Shown: one piece after another, positions 1-8,421 of the stretch
How the letters are laid out: each line of letters opens with the position of its first letter
Position numbering within the stretch: position 1 is the stretch's first letter
Origin: an uncultured Candidatus Saccharibacteria bacterium
GTDB taxonomy: Bacteria > Patescibacteriota > Saccharimonadia > Saccharimonadales > CAYLGV01
Direction of reading: 5' to 3'
Assembly: GCA_964394925.1 (NCBI GenBank)
Contig: CAYMZG010000001.1
Location: forward strand, 195,656 to 259,655
DNA length: 64,000 nt
The notes under the pieces: model-generated
What the model saw: the letters and a program-made list of their open reading frames with translations, nothing else
The model's database searches: none
Told to the model about the DNA's origin: nothing
Translations under genes and position numbers: made by a program

Positions 1-101
1 ATATGCCCGTGACTATCGAGCGGAACATTATAGTCAACGCGTACCATCACTCGCTTACCTTTTACATTAATGTCACGGATCGTTTTTTTATTGAAGCTCA
101 A
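1..101 (-). CDS. pgk: phosphoglycerate kinase, N-terminal fragment running off the left edge
   Basis: Minus-strand reading from TTG (101-99) gives [33 protein letters not shown], the conserved PGK N-terminus (RVDxNVP). A GAGGGTGGGA SD-like element lies just upstream. Absent from the ORF track because it is open-ended. Confidence 0.8.
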   Translation of the reverse strand, partial: MSFNKKTIRDINVKGKRVMVRVDYNVPLDSHGH

Positions 102-232
102 GCGGTCCCACCCTCATTATTCGCTACTTGTAGGTATTATCTCGAACTAGTGAGTAATACGCAAGCTGCTCACGCTTATCTCGTTAGCGAAAAACTACTG
201 GGCGAAGCATCTTTGGCAGTACACGTGGTAAT

Positions 233-1660
233 CTATTCAAGAACACGCACTTTAATGGTATCTGTAGATCCAACCACACCAGGATAGCGACCGCTCACCA
301 TAACGACCACATCGCCCGATTTTAGCAAACTTGTTTTACTGAGCCAGTTCACCATCTTAGTGGCTGCAAATTTATCATCTGGCCGAACGTAACTTTTAAC
401 TCCGTAGACAATTGACAGTTGATTGGCAACATTTACGTCTGATGTTACCGCCACAATTGGTGTATCCGGTCGATAGGCAGAAATGTGCATCGCTGTAGCC
501 CCCGACTTAGTTTCGGCGACAATCGCTGTGGCCTTTATCTCTTTAACCAGGTCGATGATTGAGTGAAAAATTGCCGCTTGCCTGGTGGTTTGTTTTCGGT
601 TGTTCTTAAAGGTCACATCGATAGGAGAGTTATTCTCGGCATAACGAATGATTATCTTCATGGTACGTACGGCTTCAACCGGATACTTACCACTGGCAGT
701 TTCGTCACTCAACATCACGCAATCTGCACCCATCAAAGCTGCTGTAGCTACATCAGACACTTCTGCACGTGTTGGTTCTGGTGAATCTGTCATGCTAGCC
801 ATCATATGCGTGGCCACAATTACCGGTGTAGCGTAGAAACGTCCAAAACCAATGATCATGCGCTGTAGGATTGGTACATACTCATGTTCCGTTTCTATCG
901 CTAGATCACCACGAGCTACCATTACAACATCTGCTTCTTGCACAATTGCTTCCAGATTATCAACGGCTGGTTTGGTCTCAATTTTGGCAATGATCTTCGC
1001 ATGACTACCAAGATTTTTGAGAAGATTACGAAGAATTACAATATCTTGAGCTGATTGCACAAATGAAGCCGCCACGTAATCGACGCTTTGTTCGGCACCA
1101 AAGCTAATGTCTTTTTTGTCTTTAGCCGTTAAAATGTCACCCTCAAAGTCGGTATCGGGTAAATTAATGCTTTTGCGTTTTATTAAGATGCCTTCGTTCT
1201 CGGAACGAACATAGACAATTCCCTGGCTTACGCTGGTAACAACCGTTCTAATCTTGCCGTCGGCAAAGTAAATTTTGTGGCCACGCTTTACCTTCTTGCT
1301 TAAGTCATATTGCGTGGGCAACAGGCCAGCTCGCGAAAAGTCAGCGTTATACTGTAGGCCAATTGATTGCCCAACCGACACCGTAAAAATACCTTCAAAA
1401 TCCCCTAAACGAATCTTGGGCCCTTGAATGTCTTGGATAATGGCAACTGGTTTTTTGAGCTCTTTAGAAGCCTTACGCACCCACTTAATTTGCTGGGCTT
1501 TTTCTTCGTGTGTACCATGGCTAAAATTGAGGCGAATCCCATTAGCTCCTGATTTGATCAATTCCAAGATAGACGCATAGCTGTGCGTCGACGGGCCGAT
1601 TGTCACGACCATCTTCACGCGCTTGAATTCGGAACTGTGACTGATTACGCTTGTTGCCAT
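233..1660 (-). CDS. pyk: pyruvate kinase
   Basis: 475-aa ORF with KMVVTIGPST, RLNFSHG and QGPKIRLG motifs and full-length PK architecture. TAG stop. Confidence 0.93.
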   Translation of the reverse strand: MATSVISHSSEFKRVKMVVTIGPSTHSYASILELIKSGANGIRLNFSHGTHEEKAQQIKWVRKASKELKKPVAIIQDIQGPKIRLGDFEGIFTVSVGQSIGLQYNADFSRAGLLPTQYDLSKKVKRGHKIYFADGKIRTVVTSVSQGIVYVRSENEGILIKRKSINLPDTDFEGDILTAKDKKDISFGAEQSVDYVAASFVQSAQDIVILRNLLKNLGSHAKIIAKIETKPAVDNLEAIVQEADVVMVARGDLAIETEHEYVPILQRMIIGFGRFYATPVIVATHMMASMTDSPEPTRAEVSDVATAALMGADCVMLSDETASGKYPVEAVRTMKIIIRYAENNSPIDVTFKNNRKQTTRQAAIFHSIIDLVKEIKATAIVAETKSGATAMHISAYRPDTPIVAVTSDVNVANQLSIVYGVKSYVRPDDKFAATKMVNWLSKTSLLKSGDVVVMVSGRYPGVVGSTDTIKVRVLE

Positions 1661-1687
1661 CTAGCTACCATTATTCATTGGTTATTT

Positions 1688-4060
1688 TTATGAGTGGTGG
1701 AGTTTGTCTTCGGTATGTTTTAGATCAATCGTGGTCTTTACTACTGTGTCGGGAGCCAGTGAAATGCTGTCAATCCCTGTTTCCACGAGGAAACGAGCAA
1801 ATTCGGGATAGTCAGACGGGGCTTGTCCGCAGAGGCCTATCTTAACATGCTTTTCCTTGGCTATTTTCACCACGTGACGGATAAGTTCTTTAACCGCTTC
1901 GTTATTTTCATCGTAGACATGGGCCACGGTATGATTGTCGCGGTCTACGCCAAGGGTTAACTGTGTTAAGTCATTAGAGCCGATTGAAAAACCGTCGAAC
2001 AGTTCAGCAAACTGCTCTGCCAAAATAACATTAGCTGGAATTTCCACCATCATGTAAGCCTGGAAGCCATTTTCGCCGCGACGCAGACCGTTCTCGGCCA
2101 TAATGCCAAGTACTTTGTGAGCTTCGGCCAATGTTCGACAAAACGGTATCATAGCCTTTACATTGGTCAGGCCCATATCATCACGAACCTTACGGAGGGC
2201 ATGACACTCGAGCTCGAAAGCTTCACGATAGCGCTCGTCGTAGTAACGACTTGCACCACGCCAACCAATCATAGGGTTGCGCTCCTCCGGCTCAAACTGC
2301 GTACCACCAATCAGGTTGGCGTACTCATTAGAACGAAAATCACTAAAGCGGATAATCACATCGTTCGGATAAAACGCCGCTGCAATGAGGCTTATACCTT
2401 CGGCTAGTTTGTCGATGAAATACTGCGCCTTATTGTCGTAACCCTTGGTGAGATCATTAATCTGGGCACGTACGGCTTTGTCTTTCAGCTCGCTAAAGCG
2501 TAGTAGCGCAAGCGGGTGAATCTTAATGTGTGAGTCAATGATTAACTCTTCGCGAGCCAGACCCACGCCATCGTTCGGAATAAGCGAGTACGCAAAGGCG
2601 TGGTCAGGTGAGCCAATGTTCATCATAATCTTGGTCTTTGGTCGCTCCAGATTTTTTACGTCAGTGCGCTCAATATCGAAGTGCAGGATTCCGTCGTACA
2701 CCGTACCCTCGTCACCACCACCACAAGCGACGGTAATTTCCTGACCATCATGAATCAGCTCAGAGGCATTGCCGGTGCCAACCACGCAAGGAATACCCAG
2801 TTCACGAGACACGATCGCTGCGTGACAGGTACGACCACCCTTGTCGGTCACAATAGCGCTGGCAATTTTCATAATTGGCACCCAGTCGGGATCAGTCATC
2901 TCCGTTACCAAAACATCGCCTGGCTTAAAGTCATCGATGTCTTTAACGCTCATAATCTTATTCGCCTTACCCGCACCAATGCGGTTCCCAACGCTGGTTC
3001 CTTTCACGATCACATTGCCACCAGAAGCTAAACGATACTCTTCGATCACCGTTTCATCACGGCGTGACTGAACTGTTTCGGCGCGAGCTTGCACAATATA
3101 GAGCTGACCATCGTCTTCGTCGAGCGCCCATTCAATGTCCATGGGGTGACCATAGTGTTGCTCAATCAGTATGCCCCACTGGGCGAGCGTGCGCACTTGG
3201 TCGTCATTTATCGAAAAGCGGTTCTGGTCATGCACACTCACCGCAATATTTTTAGTGCGGTTAGCAGCTGAAGGAATCATTTTCATCTTCTTAGTGCCTA
3301 GGTGGCGCTTCAAAATTGCCATTGTTGGCTTGAACACAATAAATTCATCGGGACTCACGTGCCCCTGTACGATGTTTTCACCGAGGCCATAAATAGAGCT
3401 CACCACCACGGCATTCTTAAAGCCGGACTCGGTATCGATGGTAAACATCACACCTGCACACTCTGAACGTACGGCTACCATCTGTTGAATACCCACCGAC
3501 AGGGCGACTTTCATATGGTCGAAGCCATTGGTTACGCGGTACACAATGGCACGATCCGTAAATAGGGACGCAATACATTCTTTAACTGAACGAAGCACAT
3601 CATGTTCGCCGCTGATGTTCAGGAATGTGGCTTGCTGCCCGGCAAACGAGGCGTTGGGTAGATCTTCGGCAGTGGCCGATGAGCGAATAGCAACAACCAT
3701 ATCCGCAGCGTTATGGCCACAGCGCTGACACAAATCTGCGTAACCACGCTTTATTTCATCTTCAAAGTCAGCTGGCAAAGTAGCTTTTACGATCATGTCA
3801 CGAATGGCAGCACCACGGTGTGCGAGATCATGCACATCATCAACATTTAAGCCTTCGAGGGTTTGTGAAATACGGTCATTCAAGCCAGCTTCCTGCAAGA
3901 AATATCGATACGCGTCTGCCGTGGTTGCCACGCCATTTGGTAAATTAACGCCTTGCGGCCTGAGATGATGAAACATCTCACCAAGCGATGCGTTCTTGCC
4001 GCCAACCTGCGGAATATCGCCAATGGAAAGTTCTTCAAAGAATTTTAAGTATTTGTACAT
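1688..4060 (-). CDS. ppsA: phosphoenolpyruvate synthase (pyruvate, water dikinase)
   Basis: 790 aa. N-terminal VGGKNASLGEM ATP-grasp region, phosphohistidine region GGRTCHAAIVSRELGIPCVVG and a C-terminal PEP-utilizer barrel. AAAGGGTGG SD upstream. Confidence 0.92.
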   Translation of the reverse strand: MYKYLKFFEELSIGDIPQVGGKNASLGEMFHHLRPQGVNLPNGVATTADAYRYFLQEAGLNDRISQTLEGLNVDDVHDLAHRGAAIRDMIVKATLPADFEDEIKRGYADLCQRCGHNAADMVVAIRSSATAEDLPNASFAGQQATFLNISGEHDVLRSVKECIASLFTDRAIVYRVTNGFDHMKVALSVGIQQMVAVRSECAGVMFTIDTESGFKNAVVVSSIYGLGENIVQGHVSPDEFIVFKPTMAILKRHLGTKKMKMIPSAANRTKNIAVSVHDQNRFSINDDQVRTLAQWGILIEQHYGHPMDIEWALDEDDGQLYIVQARAETVQSRRDETVIEEYRLASGGNVIVKGTSVGNRIGAGKANKIMSVKDIDDFKPGDVLVTEMTDPDWVPIMKIASAIVTDKGGRTCHAAIVSRELGIPCVVGTGNASELIHDGQEITVACGGGDEGTVYDGILHFDIERTDVKNLERPKTKIMMNIGSPDHAFAYSLIPNDGVGLAREELIIDSHIKIHPLALLRFSELKDKAVRAQINDLTKGYDNKAQYFIDKLAEGISLIAAAFYPNDVIIRFSDFRSNEYANLIGGTQFEPEERNPMIGWRGASRYYDERYREAFELECHALRKVRDDMGLTNVKAMIPFCRTLAEAHKVLGIMAENGLRRGENGFQAYMMVEIPANVILAEQFAELFDGFSIGSNDLTQLTLGVDRDNHTVAHVYDENNEAVKELIRHVVKIAKEKHVKIGLCGQAPSDYPEFARFLVETGIDSISLAPDTVVKTTIDLKHTEDKLHHS

Positions 4061-4162
4061 GTTGCCACCCTTTTATTGCATTCCCTTAAATGATACCACC
4101 AACGGCGGCCTTCGTCAGCAAAATACTTACGTTTTTATGAAATTCATACTGGAAGGTGCCAG

Positions 4163-4171
4163 TGTTATAAT
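4163..4171 (+). promoter_or_regulatory. extended -10 element (TGtTATAAT) 6 nt upstream of ATG 4178; candidate leaderless promoter
   Basis: TGTTATAAT at 4163-4171, then the 6-nt spacer caacgc, then ATG. No SD in the spacer. Confidence 0.45.
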
Positions 4172-4177
4172 CAACGC

Positions 4178-4792
4178 ATGAACGATCATGCAATTTCAGA
4201 CCTTAAAACCTGGCTTGGCCAAGGCTCGATTAACTTCTTTGGGCCACCATTTTCCGGCAAAGACACGCAAGCTAATAAAGTCGCCGATGTGGTTGGTGGC
4301 ATAGTTGTCTCTGGTGGCGACATTTTGCGCAAGGCGCAAGACAAACCAGATATCCAGGCTATCATGGCAGCCGGAGGTGTTATACCATCGGAATTATTTT
4401 TGGGAATCATCCCCCCTTTCTTTTCGAGTGATTCTTTGCACGGTAAGCCTTTACTGCTCAGCTCAGTCGGGCGGCTGATGGACGAAGTGCCAACCGTCGA
4501 GTCGGCCACAGCGGGTTCGGGCCACCCCATTAAAGCGGTGGTGGTACTTAATCTCGACGAAGCGTCGGTGTGGCGACATTTTGAGCTCTCTAAACAGCGC
4601 CAAGACAGAGGTGCGCGTAGTGATGACACTGCCGAAGCCCTACACAAACGCCTTGAAGAATATCGTAGAACGCAACCTGTGATTGAGCACTACCGTGCAA
4701 AGGGCCTCGTAATCGATATTGATGATGCTAAAGACATAGATCAAGTCGGTGAAGATATCATTCAAGCGCTGATCGCTTTTTCGCGGGTGTAA
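4178..4792 (+). CDS. adenylate kinase-family nucleoside monophosphate kinase (atypical P-loop)
   Basis: 204 aa. The P-loop is GPPFSGKDTQ versus canonical GPPGAGKGTQ. VSGGDILR and a C-terminal helical region are typical of short-form Adk. Confidence 0.65.
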   Translation: MNDHAISDLKTWLGQGSINFFGPPFSGKDTQANKVADVVGGIVVSGGDILRKAQDKPDIQAIMAAGGVIPSELFLGIIPPFFSSDSLHGKPLLLSSVGRLMDEVPTVESATAGSGHPIKAVVVLNLDEASVWRHFELSKQRQDRGARSDDTAEALHKRLEEYRRTQPVIEHYRAKGLVIDIDDAKDIDQVGEDIIQALIAFSRV

Positions 4793-4826
4793 GATTGCTC
4801 AAACTTCATTATGTCAACGCAACTAC

Positions 4827-6485
4827 TTACGCGTTTGGCGGTTCAATCTCTATCGCTTTGTCACTACGTTTAAGCATATGACCGAGCTCATCTACCTCAT
4901 ATGTAACAATTGTCCCAAAGAGCATCTCGAGCTTATTCACTGCTTTTTCATCAAGATTCTCAATGTATTTCATAAGCGCTCGGATACTGTTGCCGTGCGC
5001 CACTATGAGCACATTTTTTCCAGCGTTTAGAAGTGGTACAATTTGCTGTTGGTAAAAAGGCGTCACGCGCTCATACACCGTACGTAATGTCTCACCGCCC
5101 GGCACTGGCTCATCCCAGCCACGACGTACTGCGTCAAACTTTTCTTCGCCAATAAGTTCGCGCACTTCCCACTTATTCTTGCCCGTGTATTCGCCATAAT
5201 CCCGTTCATTAATAGCCGACGAACGAGTTATCGGTACATCTAGTTGCTGTGAGGTATCGAGGATGCCTCGCAAGGTTTCGAGTGTTCGCACTTGCTCAGA
5301 ACAAAAAGCCTGGTCAATATGAATGTCCATACTTTGCAGTAGTTGGCCAAGTTTGCCCGCCTCCATAAAGCCATTCTCGTTAAGACTAACGTCGGTCACG
5401 CCCGTCCATTTGCCCTGAGCATTCCAGACGCTTTCGGTATGACGCACGAGCAGTAGTTTGCCACGTACTTTAGCAGGCGCTTTTACTTTGTTCGGCACAT
5501 CGTTATACCAGAAGTTCTTCATATTATCGGTCGTCGTGGTGTTAATACGATGCACTGCCTCGATGGTATTGAAGGCGTTATGCGGTGTCACGATAACATT
5601 TGGCATTTTGTGTAGTACCAACAGCTCAACGCTGTGTTCCATAAGCTCCAGTGGTTTGCGCTCAGATCGAAGCAACATAACTTCTTCATTGACGTGCATG
5701 AGTTGCTCGCCTTCAAGTACATCCAAGCCGGCGCCCGCAATACGGTGCTCTTGCAGGGCTTCTGTGAGAGCACGCGTGTCTACTAGCTCACCGCGAGCTG
5801 TGTTAATCAGTATGGCCGTGGAGCGCATGAACCGAATATTTTCGGCATTAATAATGTGCTTGTTGGTGCCTACATATGGTGCGTGTAAGCTGACAAAATC
5901 ACTACGCCGCAGCAAGTCATCGAGTTCAACAAAAGTAAAGCCCAATTCCTCGGCTAGTTCAGGCTTAGGAAACGGATCATAGGCCAGTACTTCCATGCCA
6001 AACCCTTTAGCAATACGAATGGCATGCTGTCCAATACGACCTGCACCAATAATACCCATGCACTTACCGTTTAAATCGGTGCCCATGATTTGCTGGGCAT
6101 CTATCTCTTCATCAAAGCTTTCAAGGGTCTTGGTGAGCTTTCGGGTTAAGGTTAAGAGCAAACTAAAAGCATATTCGGCCACTGTTGATTCACCGTAGGT
6201 TGGTACATTTACAACCGTAATACCACGTTCTTCGGCAGCAGCCATATCAATGTTATTGTAGCCAGTTGAACGACAAGCAATCAGGCGCAAGCGCGGCAAA
6301 GCTTCGATAATCTCAGTTGTAACATTACTGCTTACGAATACCGAGATGACTTCAGTCTCGGGGTTAAGATTATCACGAGAAATTGTCTCGTCAACAAAGT
6401 GCCACGTATGATCGGTGTCACGCAGACCATCAGAAATCTGTTGCTTATCCAGTTCAGTGGAATCGTATATGTATATCAGTGCCAT
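4827..6485 (-). CDS. fusion protein: D-isomer-specific 2-hydroxyacid dehydrogenase (N-terminal) plus cofactor-dependent phosphoglycerate mutase/histidine phosphatase (C-terminal)
   Basis: Single uninterrupted 552-aa ORF. The N-terminal ~335 aa carry GIIGAGRIGQ (NAD Rossmann), INTARG and VTPHNAF. The C-terminal ~215 aa start LLLVRHTESVWNAQGKWTG (RHG-type phosphatase motif) and include VAHGNSIRAL. Confidence 0.8.
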   Translation of the reverse strand: MALIYIYDSTELDKQQISDGLRDTDHTWHFVDETISRDNLNPETEVISVFVSSNVTTEIIEALPRLRLIACRSTGYNNIDMAAAEERGITVVNVPTYGESTVAEYAFSLLLTLTRKLTKTLESFDEEIDAQQIMGTDLNGKCMGIIGAGRIGQHAIRIAKGFGMEVLAYDPFPKPELAEELGFTFVELDDLLRRSDFVSLHAPYVGTNKHIINAENIRFMRSTAILINTARGELVDTRALTEALQEHRIAGAGLDVLEGEQLMHVNEEVMLLRSERKPLELMEHSVELLVLHKMPNVIVTPHNAFNTIEAVHRINTTTTDNMKNFWYNDVPNKVKAPAKVRGKLLLVRHTESVWNAQGKWTGVTDVSLNENGFMEAGKLGQLLQSMDIHIDQAFCSEQVRTLETLRGILDTSQQLDVPITRSSAINERDYGEYTGKNKWEVRELIGEEKFDAVRRGWDEPVPGGETLRTVYERVTPFYQQQIVPLLNAGKNVLIVAHGNSIRALMKYIENLDEKAVNKLEMLFGTIVTYEVDELGHMLKRSDKAIEIEPPNA

Positions 6486-6535
6486 TCTTGGAATTATTAT
6501 GGCACAAACATAAGCAATATGAGAACATTACTTAT

Positions 6536-7804
6536 ATGGAAATTGAGCATATCGATACGCGGCAAATCCTCGATTCACGTGGCAACCCAACTGTTGAGGC
6601 CGACGTCTGGCTAAGCTGCGGGGTATTTGGGCGAGCCGCGGTACCTTCGGGTGCCTCCACTGGTAGTCACGAAGCCCATGAACTACGTGATAACAATAAA
6701 GCTTTTCACGGCATGTCGGTGTATAAAGCCCTGTCATCAATTACTGATGAAATCATACCCTGCCTGAAAGGCATTCGCGCCGATGACCAGTTTTTGCTCG
6801 ACCAACGCATGATTGATCTTGACGGCACTGAAAATAAGCAGCGCCTGGGGGCTAATGCCATTTTGGCCGTGTCTTTAGCTTGTGCACACGCAGCTGCCAA
6901 GGCACGCAACGTACTACTTTATGCGCATATCAGCGACATTGCCGGTAATCCGCATAAGAGTTTGCCGATGCCGATGATGAACATTCTAAATGGTGGCAAA
7001 CACGCCGCACACTCAACAGACGTGCAAGAGAGCATGGTTATACCTATTGGTGCCGAAACATTCAGTGAAGCAATTCGAATTGGCAGCGAGGTATTTCACT
7101 CGCTCAAAGATACGCTCGAAGCCAAAGGTTATGCCACGACGGTTGGCGATGAAGGTGGCTTTGCGCCCGCAGTTAAGCACGGCAATACCGAAAGCTTGCA
7201 GCTGCTCACTGAAGCCGTAGAGAAAGCTGGCTACAAACCCGGCAAAGATGTGGCTTTTGCCCTCGATGTTGCCTCGAGTGAAATTTATACTGATGCTACC
7301 TATAGCTTTACGGCCGACAAAAAACACTTCTCATCTGCCCAGCTCATTGCTTGGTACAGCGACCTCGTGGAGCGCTTCCCTATTTTGTCGATCGAAGATG
7401 GCATGGCCGAAGATGACTGGGATGGCTGGACGCAACTTGCCGACAAACTCCCGAACATACAGCTGGTGGGCGATGATCTGCTCGTAACAAACGTGGAACG
7501 TATCCAAAAGGCCATTAACTTGCGCGCTGCTAACGCAGTACTTATTAAGCCGAACCAGGTTGGCACTTTGACCGAGACGATTCGAGCCATCCAGCTTGCA
7601 AAAAATAGCGGTTGGAACACCGTCATCTCGCACCGTTCGGGTGAAACTGAAGATATCACCATTGCCCACATTGCCATTGGCACGGGTGCAGGCCAAATCA
7701 AAACCGGTAGTTTGTCACGCGGTGAACGTACCGCTAAGCACAATGAGCTGATGCGCATCGAAATGATCGATCCAACCCTCCGGTTGGTTAATCCATTCAA
7801 ATAG
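6536..7804 (+). CDS. eno: enolase
   Basis: Start moved to ATG 6536, because MEIEHIDTRQILDSRGNPTVEADV is the enolase N-terminus. SHRSGETED and KPNQVGT motifs are present. The ORF-track start at 6383 overlaps the divergent gene. Confidence 0.93.
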   Translation: MEIEHIDTRQILDSRGNPTVEADVWLSCGVFGRAAVPSGASTGSHEAHELRDNNKAFHGMSVYKALSSITDEIIPCLKGIRADDQFLLDQRMIDLDGTENKQRLGANAILAVSLACAHAAAKARNVLLYAHISDIAGNPHKSLPMPMMNILNGGKHAAHSTDVQESMVIPIGAETFSEAIRIGSEVFHSLKDTLEAKGYATTVGDEGGFAPAVKHGNTESLQLLTEAVEKAGYKPGKDVAFALDVASSEIYTDATYSFTADKKHFSSAQLIAWYSDLVERFPILSIEDGMAEDDWDGWTQLADKLPNIQLVGDDLLVTNVERIQKAINLRAANAVLIKPNQVGTLTETIRAIQLAKNSGWNTVISHRSGETEDITIAHIAIGTGAGQIKTGSLSRGERTAKHNELMRIEMIDPTLRLVNPFK

Positions 7805-7855
7805 GCTTGTATTTGACCAACTAAAAAGCCCGACCATGAAGTCAGGCGCTTTAGT

Positions 7856-7930
7856 TGGTGATCTCAAGGGGAATCGAACCCCTATTGCCAGGATGAAAAC
7901 CTGGTGTCCTAACCGTTAGACGATGAGACC
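7856..7930 (-). tRNA. tRNA-Glu (anticodon UUC), CCA encoded
   Basis: The reverse complement folds as a cloverleaf: acceptor GGTCTCA/TGAGATC, anticodon stem CCAGG/CCTGG, loop TTTTCAT, T-loop TTCGATT. Confidence 0.9.
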
Positions 7931-7975
7931 GAGCGAGGAATACATAAAGGATACATGCTTTATGTTTCCGAACGA

Positions 7976-8004
7976 GGTCTGATACCCCGCAGGGGTATGA
8001 GACC
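7976..8004 (-). terminator. strong stem-loop (12 bp, one mismatch, 3-nt loop) downstream of the 8108 gene; no U-tract
   Basis: GGTCTGATACCCC-GCA-GGGGTATGAGACC, lying between the end of the giant-protein operon and tRNA-Glu. Confidence 0.4.
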
Positions 8005-8107
8005 GAATGCTACCAATAATTGGCGACCGCGATAGTATACCACAACAGAGGTAAAAAAGAAACAGTCGCCTTAGTTTTTCCTAAATGATTATGATGTATT
8101 TTATGAA

Positions 8108-8395
8108 TTATTCTGATTTTTCAGCTGAAGCATCCGTTGCTTCTGATTGTGCAGCTGGCTCAATCTGAGAGAGTTCAATTTCTTCAAGTAGCTGCATCAA
8201 GGCAGAACCTTTATAGCTTACATCTTCTATGTTTTTTGCTGCGTTAAATGCAGCCTCTAGTAAGGTAGTGTCGCCGGTATTGGCGTAACGAGCCATGACA
8301 AGCTCATACTTTTCAACTGGATCAAGCCCTTCGCTATCTGTGATTGTAATAAGCTCATCGAGTACGCTGTTCTTAAGTGTTCCTAAATCTGCCAT
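8108..8395 (-). CDS. small acidic hypothetical protein (last gene of the giant-protein operon)
   Basis: 95-aa ORF, 26 nt downstream of the 1495-aa gene, with an AAAGGGGGTGG SD. No recognisable motif. Confidence 0.6.
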   Translation of the reverse strand: MADLGTLKNSVLDELITITDSEGLDPVEKYELVMARYANTGDTTLLEAAFNAAKNIEDVSYKGSALMQLLEEIELSQIEPAAQSEATDASAEKSE

Positions 8396-8421
8396 AATCC
8401 ACCCCCTTTATCTTAGTTCTA

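Noticed and set aside
3-287. 94-aa plus-strand ORF at the left edge
   Set aside because: It lies antisense to the recognisable pgk N-terminus (1-101) and the pyk 3' end. It has no SD or promoter and its sequence is not protein-like.
6383-6535. 51-codon N-terminal extension of enolase in the ORF track; similar extensions at 13275, 15036, 16144, 21010, 25851, 26341, 35891, 36963, 54715, 55971, 57011 and 59759
   Set aside because: The extensions overlap neighbouring genes, promoters or terminators. Conserved N-termini or signal peptides begin at internal ATGs that carry an SD or an abutting -10 element.
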